IMG/VR virus record: IMGVR_UViG_3300030450_002056
Span: 1 to 64,000 of that record
Length of the DNA stretch: 64,000 nucleotides
Reading direction: 5' to 3' (one strand)
Source of the DNA: a virus
Shown here: positions 27,640 through 36,238 of the stretch, piece by piece
Layout of the letters: the number at the start of each line of letters is the position of its first letter
Position numbering within the stretch: the first letter of the stretch is position 1
The notes under the pieces: generated by a model
What the model saw: the letters and a program-made list of their open reading frames with translations, nothing else
Databases searched by the model: none
What the model was told of the DNA's origin: nothing
Program-made: the position numbers and the translations under genes

Positions 27640-27666
27640 AATTAACGCACAATTACTGTGCTTGAG

Positions 27667-27743
27667 TGGTAGGTCTGGCAGGATTTGAACCCGCGACCAA
27701 CGGGTTAAAAGCCCGTTGCGCTACCTGACTGCGCCACAGACCT
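27667..27743 (-). tRNA. tRNA-Lys (TTT), CCA encoded
   Basis: Acceptor stem AGGTCTG/CAGACCT, anticodon arm ACGGG-CTTTTAA-CCCGT, GGTTCAAATCC T-arm, ACCA end. Confidence 0.95.
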
Positions 27744-28367
27744 TTAACTTAATTTATTCTCTAATTCCTTAATTCTCTTTTCTAATTGAATATTGCGATT
27801 ATTAATAATGTTTATTTGATTAGCGAATCTCTTAGTGACTTCTGATTCTAATGAAAATGAATCTAACTTTTCATTTATTGTTTCATCAATTTCACTCTTT
27901 AACTCTCTAAACTCTGCTAAAGAATTAGAATGTTGTGTTTTTGTTCTTTTAACATAAGCATTATGTATTCTACCCATATCATCATAAAATTCCTTAACTT
28001 CTAATTTATAATTAGAAAGGTCTAAGGATAGTTCTGGTGAGTTATTAACAATATCTTCTATTTTAGGTAGTTTGATTTCATCCACTTTCTTAGTTAAGTT
28101 ATCTATTTCATGCATTGTTTCTACATATCTAACTAGAATATCTGGGATAATTTCACTTCGTAAGTCTTCCACATACTGCCTTAATTCAACTTTAGATTTT
28201 GCTAAGTTAGCCGCTACTAGTCTACTATTCCTCTTGGGGCCTCTACCTTTTAAATGCTCATCACACCTATATCTCCTATAGTTGTGAGATGTCACTTTAA
28301 ATGGCTTTCTACACTTAAATCCGGTTTGTTCATCTACATGGTTACATTCTCTCATCGACATATTCAT
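27744..28367 (-). CDS. Zn-finger plus coiled-coil protein
   Basis: C...C...CDEH N-terminus followed by a long heptad region. Confidence 0.6.
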   Translation of the reverse strand: MNMSMRECNHVDEQTGFKCRKPFKVTSHNYRRYRCDEHLKGRGPKRNSRLVAANLAKSKVELRQYVEDLRSEIIPDILVRYVETMHEIDNLTKKVDEIKLPKIEDIVNNSPELSLDLSNYKLEVKEFYDDMGRIHNAYVKRTKTQHSNSLAEFRELKSEIDETINEKLDSFSLESEVTKRFANQINIINNRNIQLEKRIKELENKLS

Positions 28368-28516
28368 ACCTCTATTTTATTTCTCTTCGTTTTATTATTG
28401 TTTAGCGGAATGGTTGATTATTACCTTCTCCGGTAAGTCTACATATTAGTGTTTACTTATATAAGTTCCTTTATCAGTATATTATCAGAAGCGTGTAAGG
28501 CTCCCTATTGAATGGG

Positions 28517-28594
28517 TGGTGCTGAATCCGGAATTTGAATCCGGGTCATCGGGATGAAAACCCGATATGATGGGCCTAACTACACCAATTCAGC
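28517..28594 (-). tRNA. tRNA-Glu (TTC), CCA encoded
   Basis: Acceptor stem GCTGAAT/ATTCAGC, anticodon arm TCGGG-TTTTCAT-CCCGA, T-arm CCGGA-TTCAAAT-TCCGG. Confidence 0.93.
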
Positions 28595-28605
28595 ATATAA
28601 ATTAT

Positions 28606-28780
28606 ATGTGGGCTTCCCACCCAACTCGATAGGTTTTCTCCCACTTCCTATTAAGTGACGAACAGGCGATACCACTAATATGCCTTTGGAGTTTAATGTG
28701 GGCCTCTCACCCAACTTGATAGGTATTCTCCTACACTTCCTATTAAGCGTGTGTAACCGTGACAAAACGGTTGGAGTTTA
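28606..28780 (-). ncRNA. Two tandem ~85-90-nt imperfect repeats with conserved secondary structure between tRNA-Leu and tRNA-Glu
   Basis: Units 28606-28695 and 28696-28780 share ATGTGGGC..CACCCAACTYGATAGG..TTCTCC..CACTTCCTATTAAG..TTGGAGTTTA. Confidence 0.6.
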
Positions 28781-28781
28781 A

Positions 28782-28868
28782 TGGTTGCGAGAGTGGGATT
28801 TGAACCCACGAAGCACTACGCACAGAATCTTAAGTCCTGCCCCTTTGACCAAACTCGGGTATCTCGCA
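28782..28868 (-). tRNA. tRNA-Leu (TAA), long variable arm, CCA encoded
   Basis: Acceptor stem TGCGAGA/TCTCGCA, anticodon loop CTTAAGA, GTGGGTTCAAATCCCAC T-arm. Confidence 0.93.
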
Positions 28869-29475
28869 TTATTAATAGAGAAGAATATTTAATCCTACAA
28901 AGAACATATATTTTGAAGATATGACTAGCATATCGTTCCTTGATAAGTTTTCATTTACTATGTATCGTTCAAGTATAACTAGAAACACCAATTACGCATA
29001 CGGCGGCAATGGAACGGGAAGATGTTTCTTACCGTATTCTCCCGTCTAATTACTATACAAGTAACTTGTTTTATTCTTTTTATTTGGCAAACTCTACTCA
29101 GTTGTAACAGTGAGTGTAAAGTGGAAAATGCATTGGTGAGAGAGTCCAACTATCATATATAAGAGAAATGATTGCATTTATTACTTGATAAAACCACGTT
29201 GAGTGTGTGTAGGAAGACAACAGGTTCTTTGCCCTTTTCTGGGTTAGAGAGTGGATGTTTTTTTAGTAAACCTATCTTAGCCATACCCTATTCAGGGGTT
29301 AGTTTATTCTTCAACTTTTTAATCCCTCAACGTTTTCACATTGAATCTACCGGCCGGTATTTACTCTCTTTTTTGATATCTTTGTGTCTTTTTATGTCGA
29401 AAACCTACGACTCCACATTTTCCAGCGTGTATCCCCATACACAAACTGTCTTGGCTTAGATAAACCATGTGAATA

Positions 29476-30801
29476 TTATTTCTTCATTTGAATCTTTAAT
29501 AAGATTAGATATCCGATTAAGTCATCAATTATATCTTCATCGGCTTCTAAGGAATCATCTCCCCTAACTAATCTACTAATCTTATCATCAATTCTAACTT
29601 TGATTTGTTCGCTACTGTCTGCTTTTGAAAATACTCTAATAGGATTCGATACAGAATCACCATATTGCTTATTCTTTGATAATAGCAAATCACAAATAAA
29701 TTGACATTGCGTTACAATATCCTGAGCAGTCTTATCTATTTGATTACCGTCATCATCTACAATTGTAGGATTACCTTGTTCAGTTCTCAAATTAGTATTG
29801 TGAATTTCTGTTGATGTTTCTTCTGTTTTCACCATCGCTTCTTCCAACGCTACTAATGCCTTCATAAGACTTTCATTTGTTTTCTTAAGTATTTTATTTT
29901 CTTTACTTAGATTGATTATAGATTTTGTTTTTACTTGAGTCACCTCATCAGGATAAGGGCCTTTTTGTTGGTCGTTGCTCCAATTCATTAAGTGACTCTT
30001 TCTTGGTTGTCCAATTGTTCCAACAGAAGTTTGCCATGTTCCTGTTTCCAATCCATCTGTATTATCATCCTTTACTGTTGCTGATGAATTAATTGACTTA
30101 AACGAATTTACCAATTTCATTCTTTTTGGTGGAGATAATGCCTCGACTTTCTTTTTTCTTATGTTTCTAATATCTAGAGATTCCATTTTTAACAATTTAC
30201 TTCCTGAATAAACACCATCACCCTTCCTCTTAAGACTAGAAATTTTGCCCGATATTTGTCTATAAGTCCTATTAATAATACCCGTCATGTATTTCTGGGG
30301 TATTCCAGCATTCCACATCCCAATAAGTGTAGCAGTTTCTTTTGTAGACCATTTTCCAAATGTAGGGTTAATAGGGTCATTTTCACTGTATTTAGCATTA
30401 TAGTAGCGGTTCTGTATCATTTGTGTAGTCATAATATATCCATGCTCATATGAGTAAAACATATTATCTCTAATAGTAGACCAAGTTTTACCTTCGTCTA
30501 ATAATTGCTTTATCTGTTCTAGTTCGTCTATTGTTAATTCTCTTACTTTCGTCATATCAATCATACTCTTTTCTTTCTGTCTTTTTTCTCGGTAATAGTT
30601 GTTTAGTTTGTTACGATATTCAGGGTCTTCTTTCAATCTCTTAGTGCGCTTCTTTAGCCACTTAGCAGTAGTAGCCTTAGCCCTAATTTTCTTACATTCA
30701 TCAGAACATAATTCGCTCAAGTGATGTTTTCTAACATACTGCTTATTACATTGTAAACAATTAGCCATTCCATATACATAGTTATGTTTTTTATCCGTCA
30801 T
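29476..30801 (-). CDS. Multidomain protein: Zn finger, HTH/Myb-like repeats, C-terminal DUF1599/Nmad1-like helical domain
   Basis: CLQC...CSDEC; KWSTKE...RTYRQISGK; KNKQYGDS...IKVRIDDKISRL...DLIGYLIL. GAGGTGA RBS before MTDKK. Confidence 0.7.
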   Translation of the reverse strand: MTDKKHNYVYGMANCLQCNKQYVRKHHLSELCSDECKKIRAKATTAKWLKKRTKRLKEDPEYRNKLNNYYREKRQKEKSMIDMTKVRELTIDELEQIKQLLDEGKTWSTIRDNMFYSYEHGYIMTTQMIQNRYYNAKYSENDPINPTFGKWSTKETATLIGMWNAGIPQKYMTGIINRTYRQISGKISSLKRKGDGVYSGSKLLKMESLDIRNIRKKKVEALSPPKRMKLVNSFKSINSSATVKDDNTDGLETGTWQTSVGTIGQPRKSHLMNWSNDQQKGPYPDEVTQVKTKSIINLSKENKILKKTNESLMKALVALEEAMVKTEETSTEIHNTNLRTEQGNPTIVDDDGNQIDKTAQDIVTQCQFICDLLLSKNKQYGDSVSNPIRVFSKADSSEQIKVRIDDKISRLVRGDDSLEADEDIIDDLIGYLILLKIQMKK

Positions 30802-31579
30802 TTTAATCACCTCGTCTTTTCTACCATCTTTCCAATTGGTTAGAATTTTCATTTTGTTATAGATATTGTTAATTATGTGGTTCATATTGAACATGATTCC
30901 TGTCTATTCCACTATTCCGACTTTTCCAGCCCATCCCATAGAGAATAGGGAGAGAGAAGGGAGAGAGAGAAGAGGGGGTAAATAGTATTGTAATAATTGG
31001 AAATTAGAATAATGATTATATTGTATAACATATCTTTTATATGTGGTTCATTTTGCTTCACTTTGTCTTTTCCACTCATACTGGAAAATTGGAAGTGTTG
31101 CATATTGACCCACATTTGATGTTTCTTATAGTATAATATATAGGATATTCTATATTGGATATTGGTATACATATTGATATCTTATAGATATTCATTTGTT
31201 AATGAAGGTGTTAGAAATACCTGTTAATTTGGAAGAGAAATTTAGTAACGTAATTAAGTTACTTTATAAGATACGTTCTGATTAAACCTTCTCTTGGAAT
31301 TGGTTGGTATTGATTAACAATACAGGGTTCGCGGAGGGGGTTATAAACAAACGACCCGCGACTCCGACCTAATGTTAATTTTAAGCAAATACAATCATAT
31401 GGTGTTATATTGCTTTGAAATATAAATACCCCATAATTTGATTGTGATGATTAGGGAGTAAAAGAAAGGGTGATATTACCTATTATTTTATAAGAACCTT
31501 AAAATTACTAATTACTTAACTAAGTTAAAACCTAATCACACAACCAAAGGAGGTAGTCGTGAATTGAATAAAAGAGTAG

Positions 31580-32154
31580 TTGTCCCGTTAAGCACAACAA
31601 AATCACTCTTGTTCGTCATCCTCCATGATAGCGGAGGATAGACCGTCTAGGGTTCCATCCCATGTTCCTGCTTTATACAGGCTAGTTGCAGTCTTCTTGA
31701 TTGAAGATGCAATATATGCTCCATAGTCAGCACCATCCGAATAGGACTGCTTGCTGCTACGGCCGTGTGGTGTAAGGAAAGCACGAATACCCTCCCCACA
31801 CTCATCGAATGCCCTTCCAAATGAATTGGATGCATCCTTGCTTAGTGAGTCTACAACGCTAAGTGCGGTTGCTGGTAATACGCCGCCACCGCCTTTTCTC
31901 CAAGGATATCCGGGATAACTCCTTAGAGTTTCCTTTATTGCCTTCTGTATAGATTCAGGTGTTTCTCCTGATGCTTCATACTGTTGATTACCAACATTAC
32001 TTAGCATTTCAAAAGCCTGTCTTACATCATGTGTGATGTTTCCAGCCTCATCTGCGTCAATCATCTGTTGTGCCTTTAATAGTGTATCATTCCAACTTTC
32101 TGCCATAATAATTACCTCTGATTACTTAGTAATCTTGTCGTCTTAACGGGACAA
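31580..32154. repeat. Perfect 13-bp inverted repeat TTGTCCCGTTAAG (31580-31592 / 32142-32154) enclosing the gene
   Basis: Read directly from the sequence. Confidence 0.85.
31603..32106 (-). CDS. Hypothetical protein, paralog of the divergent gene at 32567
   Basis: Shared motifs GxP[WF]RKG, LPA, TxHGRS, YxDxxxYG, WDGxL. Confidence 0.8.
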   Translation of the reverse strand: MAESWNDTLLKAQQMIDADEAGNITHDVRQAFEMLSNVGNQQYEASGETPESIQKAIKETLRSYPGYPWRKGGGGVLPATALSVVDSLSKDASNSFGRAFDECGEGIRAFLTPHGRSSKQSYSDGADYGAYIASSIKKTATSLYKAGTWDGTLDGLSSAIMEDDEQE

Positions 32155-32169
32155 TATATCCCACCGAGC

Positions 32170-32211
32170 AAGCATATATGAAGGGTTCGGAACAAAGTCG
32201 AACCATATGGT
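32170..32211 (-). promoter_or_regulatory. Putative leftward promoter: ACCATATGGT palindrome, ACTTTG, TATA-like TTCATATAT
   Basis: The motif recurs at 31394, 32464, 33173 and 35520. Confidence 0.5.
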
Positions 32212-32463
32212 AGGGTTGGAAACATTGGAAAACTGGAAAGGTGGTGTTCAAAAGAAAGTAGGGTTTTTCATTGATGATTGTTGCTAACACATTGAAAATC
32301 CAAGTTATTATTCTTAGTGTAAATTTTACACCAAAAGAAATACCAATACTGCTTCATAACCAATAGCAATATTGTAATCTCCTGTTGTTATGCTCCCACT
32401 GCTCGCTGACCGACAGCGAAAGTTAGACGCAATAATTAAATTAATCTAATTAAACCAATTACT

Positions 32464-32510
32464 ACCATATGGTGTGAAACTTTGAGTAATCACCCTATAA
32501 CCCCTATACT
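32464..32510 (+). promoter_or_regulatory. Putative rightward promoter: ACCATATGGT, ACTTTG, CCCTATAACCCCTAT
   Basis: Nearly identical architecture at 33173-33215. Confidence 0.55.
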
Positions 32511-32520
32511 CAACCCAATA

Positions 32521-33114
32521 GTGTAGGCAGGGAAAAACACCTACGGGAGTAATGGAGAGAGAAAATATGACTGATATACGAGTGAAATTTGATAACAAAG
32601 CAGAAGAAGTCGAAGCGTGGATGAATGTTAATCCCGACTATTCGACAGACTACCCGCAACTTGCAGTATTATCGCAGTTGCTAACTATTGGCCGTTCAAG
32701 CGATGAATCGGCACAGTCCATGTATGACGCAATTAGAGCGTGTTTCGTGGGTATTGAGGGCGCACCCTTCCGAAAGGGCAAGACTTCAAGCCTACCTGCT
32801 CAAGTTGTGGCTAACGCAGACAGTGCAACATCTGACCTTAACGCGCTATACACCACATTGATGGCTGATAACGATATAGTCGCCCAACTGATGACCCGAC
32901 ATGGGCGCAGTGGTGGCGGTCTTTATGATGATGCTTCGGAATATGGCGAAGCAGTTTCAAAGCCAGTAAATGCAAGACTCAAGAAGGCCTATTCATCTAT
33001 GGTCGCAAATGATACAGAAGCCGAGTATTGGTGGGATGGAGAACTACCCGTTAATCTAACCCAACCATCGGTAAATTCGGAGGAATCCGAGTAAGCGTAA
33101 TTCCCTGCCTACGC
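32521..33114. repeat. 14-bp inverted repeat GTGTAGGCAGGGAA / TTCCCTGCCTACGC enclosing the gene
   Basis: 32521-32534 versus 33101-33114, with one G-T pair. Confidence 0.8.
32567..33094 (+). CDS. Hypothetical protein, paralog of 31603-32106
   Basis: Shared motifs; GC content above the genome background. Confidence 0.8.
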   Translation: MTDIRVKFDNKAEEVEAWMNVNPDYSTDYPQLAVLSQLLTIGRSSDESAQSMYDAIRACFVGIEGAPFRKGKTSSLPAQVVANADSATSDLNALYTTLMADNDIVAQLMTRHGRSGGGLYDDASEYGEAVSKPVNARLKKAYSSMVANDTEAEYWWDGELPVNLTQPSVNSEESE

Positions 33115-33172
33115 CCTAAACGGCCCTTCTGGGCCATTTGGGGTTATATATTTACAAAGTGCCATTTATACA

Positions 33173-33215
33173 ACCATATGGTAATGCTTTGCTATTGCCC
33201 CATATAACCCCTATC
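33173..33215 (+). promoter_or_regulatory. Putative promoter: ACCATATGGT, GCTTTG, CCCCATATAACCCCTAT
   Basis: Repeat of the 32464 element, about 20 nt upstream of ATG 33232. Confidence 0.55.
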
Positions 33216-33231
33216 TCTGTTGGTGTATTGT

Positions 33232-33933
33232 ATGAGTTTGAGATATGAAAGAACTGTTGAGATAGAATTGCCTGTAAATGATAGAGAGAAATTAAGAAAT
33301 TTCTTTATTGATATGCAGAATAAGGATTTCTTTTTGGGTGAGTATAAGAATACTAATGAAGAAGATTATTATGTTCCCTATACTGAGGTGAAGCAATCTA
33401 ATAAGTTTGTTTTTACTGCGGAGAATGGTAAGATAATGTTTGAGTCAGATTTAGAATACCACTCCACTAAACTATCAGACCAATTGACTAAAAATGGCTT
33501 TCCGCACACAAAGACTGAGGTTATTGTTGAAGAGGTAAAAGAGAAGGAAAATGAAATCCCTTCAATAGCCTCACTATACCTTACAGATGAAGAGGTTATT
33601 CCACTATATACAGTTGAAGGGGAGGATATGAGGCTTGATGTGTCTTTCTATACTTACAGTTGGCAAGATACTGTTCGTATTAGATATGTAATTACTTGGG
33701 ACACAGATTCTAAACAATCCCCAAAGGAAATAGAGATGAGAATGAATGATTATTTCATAGCAGAAATGGCTCACATACAAAAGGTAATGGTTGAGGGACT
33801 ATTGACTTATGATATAGTAATAAATGAACCTACATTGGATTGTAAGTTTGAATGTATAAGTCATACTTCCCAAACCTGTTCTAATGAAATTGCAGATGCT
33901 ACACTAAATAGATTAAAGGAGAGTATAGAATGA
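33232..33933 (+). CDS. Acidic hypothetical protein (likely early gene)
   Basis: ORF track. Confidence 0.65.
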   Translation: MSLRYERTVEIELPVNDREKLRNFFIDMQNKDFFLGEYKNTNEEDYYVPYTEVKQSNKFVFTAENGKIMFESDLEYHSTKLSDQLTKNGFPHTKTEVIVEEVKEKENEIPSIASLYLTDEEVIPLYTVEGEDMRLDVSFYTYSWQDTVRIRYVITWDTDSKQSPKEIEMRMNDYFIAEMAHIQKVMVEGLLTYDIVINEPTLDCKFECISHTSQTCSNEIADATLNRLKESIE

Positions 33934-34133
33934 ATAACATAGAAGTTAAAGAAGATAATTTTAGATACACCGTTGAATTCGGACAATCAAAGTCTGGCTC
34001 TTATCATGTTTGGATTGTTAAGAGTGTTAAAATAAGAGCAGATTGCACCGATGAGTTAAATGATGCAACTCTTATTGTAATGAATGATATCGAGCCAATC
34101 ATAAAACAACTAAATTCTCCGGAGATGCTTTAA
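33930..34133 (+). CDS. Hypothetical protein
   Basis: ORF track; coupled to its neighbours. Confidence 0.55.
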   Translation: MNNIEVKEDNFRYTVEFGQSKSGSYHVWIVKSVKIRADCTDELNDATLIVMNDIEPIIKQLNSPEML

Positions 34134-34471
34134 TGGCTAAATATGGAATGTTTGAGTTGATGGAGAAAAATGACCTTGGTAGTTATGAAGTAGGTATGTA
34201 TCTTTTGAAAGTTTTTAACGATACTGAGCGAGGTTATACTTTAGTTGATGTTAGGGATTATCAACCTGCTACGTTTTATGTTAATCAGTGTTTAACAATT
34301 ATGAAGGATAGAGTTAGGTTTAGATGTGGTGATTGTAATAAGTTGATTTATGTTAGTAATTGGGAGGCCGCTAATCCGGCATATCCTAAGTTTGATACTC
34401 CTATATGCGATGAGTGTTTTACTGCTAATTTTTTGGGGAGAGTTATTGATGTGCCTAAAACCCAAGTGTGA
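34133..34471 (+). CDS. Zn-finger protein
   Basis: CGDC...ICDEC. Confidence 0.55.
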   Translation: MAKYGMFELMEKNDLGSYEVGMYLLKVFNDTERGYTLVDVRDYQPATFYVNQCLTIMKDRVRFRCGDCNKLIYVSNWEAANPAYPKFDTPICDECFTANFLGRVIDVPKTQV

Positions 34472-34725
34472 TAATAAGATTTATTACAGAGGATTGTGTG
34501 TTAACCATTATTGGCAGGAATTGTTGAATGAGTATTATGAGCATCTTCATTATATAGAATTAAGAGGTGAATAGAATGAAATGTGAAAATTGTGGAATGG
34601 AAATAACAGAATTAAGAATTAAAACAGATGATTGTTGCCAATGGGTAGTGATGAGATGAGTATTCATAATGAAATTGCTATCTGGAGAGAACACTTAAAA
34701 CAATGTAGAAAGGAGGAAGAAAAGA

Positions 34726-34914
34726 ATGAGAGAATACAAGAGTAATTTATTTACAAGAAGACATTATGAATGGTTAGTTGATATGTGCATTAAATTGGAT
34801 TTAAATAATATACAGGTGCATAAGTTATCTAATTTATTAGAATCTACAAATCCTAATTATGACGCAAATAAGTTTGTATATGCTTGGGGGAAGAAAAGCA
34901 ATGAAAGAATATAA
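34726..34914 (+). CDS. Hypothetical protein
   Basis: FTRRHYE...NPNYDANKF pattern; AGGAGG RBS. Confidence 0.55.
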   Translation: MREYKSNLFTRRHYEWLVDMCIKLDLNNIQVHKLSNLLESTNPNYDANKFVYAWGKKSNERI

Positions 34915-35152
34915 AATAATATGTAGAGAATGTAATGCAGAAGATAGTATTCTTTCAGATGAAAGAATAAAATGCACCTACAAAGTATATCCTACTGGTT
35001 CTGAGGATATAGATTTCGATGGGTCATCAATGAATACCTATGATTCAACCATTGAGAGATATTTCTGTAAAGAATGTAATCACGGTTTTACTTATAGTCA
35101 GGTATTAGAGATGATATACACAGTAGCAGAATCTTTGGGGGGAGAAGAATGA
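34901..35152 (+). CDS. Zn-ribbon protein
   Basis: CREC...FCKEC. Confidence 0.55.
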   Translation: MKEYKIICRECNAEDSILSDERIKCTYKVYPTGSEDIDFDGSSMNTYDSTIERYFCKECNHGFTYSQVLEMIYTVAESLGGEE

Positions 35153-35361
35153 AAGAATATAACTTAACTTTTTGGGAAAAGCAGATAATATGGAATAAGC
35201 GGCTTGTAGTTGTAAAGACAGATAAAGACCCTCTCAAATTAACTATTGAAGATTTAGAACAGTCTGACTTTGATATTAAATGGATAGATGTGTTAGATAC
35301 TATGTATGATGAGGTTCAAGAGATTGACGATATAGAGATAGTTGAGAAAGAAGAAGAATAA
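35149..35361 (+). CDS. Acidic hypothetical protein
   Basis: ORF track. Confidence 0.5.
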   Translation: MKEYNLTFWEKQIIWNKRLVVVKTDKDPLKLTIEDLEQSDFDIKWIDVLDTMYDEVQEIDDIEIVEKEEE

Positions 35362-36046
35362 GATTCCCACAATGATGTATCATTGACCCTATGTGAGAAT
35401 GACTGAGTAAGACGGTAAACGAACAAGTGCGAAATAGGCCTTTAGTAGCATTTTAGTAAGTTATATCGCCCCTGCTCACGAATTCTCATATAATTAAATT
35501 GGGTGGTGGCAAAGCACCTACCATATGGTGTGATAATACAAAAGTCCTATCATATGGGAGTAACTGGGGAATGGGTGCATAGCAGGGAACAAATTTTTTT
35601 TATTTGATTTAATAGTTTAATTAAACGAATTTTTCTTTTATCTTTTATGTGTATAAAATTTAATCCTTTCATCAATTAGGTTTATGTTCTTCTGCTATAT
35701 CCACAGGACAGACGGCTGTAGTTTGGTATTATTGGCTAATATGAACCATATAAATATAACAATTTAATAATAACAAGCCAAAGAAAAAAACTTGTTTTTT
35801 TCGATGATATGATTCTATTATTGTTCTAATACATAATGAAACACAATAAAGTTATTTTTATTCTGGTAATGCAATTAAATTAAAATAAAAAAAATCGCAA
35901 GTGCCAAATAAATTACAGCCCATTTTTTGAGATTTTTTCTTTAAATTCAACAATAAAAATTATATGGGGTATTTTTATGATAAGTCGGGCATTTCTCCTA
36001 ATGTTACCTAAACCATTAATTTTCTTGGTTAGGGGAATTGGGAAGA

Positions 36047-36196
36047 ATGACTAGCCAAATGGACGAATACTGGGAAGCGCAAGTAGAAGGATTTAAATCA
36101 TTAGAAAAGAAAAAGAAGATTTGGCGTGATTATAGGAATGAAACTAAAGAAATTATTGATGCGCTTTATGAATGGTATTGGGATAGTGGCGAGTGA
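36047..36196 (+). CDS. 49-aa hypothetical protein
   Basis: Manual translation MTSQMDEYWEAQVEGFKSLEKKKKIWRDY...WYWDSGE. Confidence 0.45.
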   Translation: MTSQMDEYWEAQVEGFKSLEKKKKIWRDYRNETKEIIDALYEWYWDSGE

Positions 36197-36238
36197 TTAT
36201 TTAAATTGGTGGATTTACATTTATATGGGGGATTAAGT

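Noticed and set aside
28580-28765. 61-aa ORF with internal repeat
   Set aside because: It overlaps tRNA-Glu and simply translates the tandem RNA-like repeat.
28606-28780. Mini-CRISPR array, or theta/HDV, twister or hammerhead ribozyme
   Set aside because: There are only two imperfect ~88-nt units without a constant repeat/unique spacer layout, and the catalytic consensus sequences of those ribozymes are not present.
27667-28868. tRNA as a prophage attachment site or host-virus junction
   Set aside because: No integrase, no duplicated tRNA 3' end, and viral-type genes continue on both sides.
677-30453. Plus-strand ORFs in the left arm (e.g. 6930-7349, 14199-14738, 17292-17711)
   Set aside because: Antisense shadows of well-supported minus-strand genes, with F/S/L/I-biased composition and no RBS.
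30912-31172. 86-aa minus-strand ORF
   Set aside because: Low-complexity AT-rich and purine-tract sequence with no RBS; more likely non-coding.
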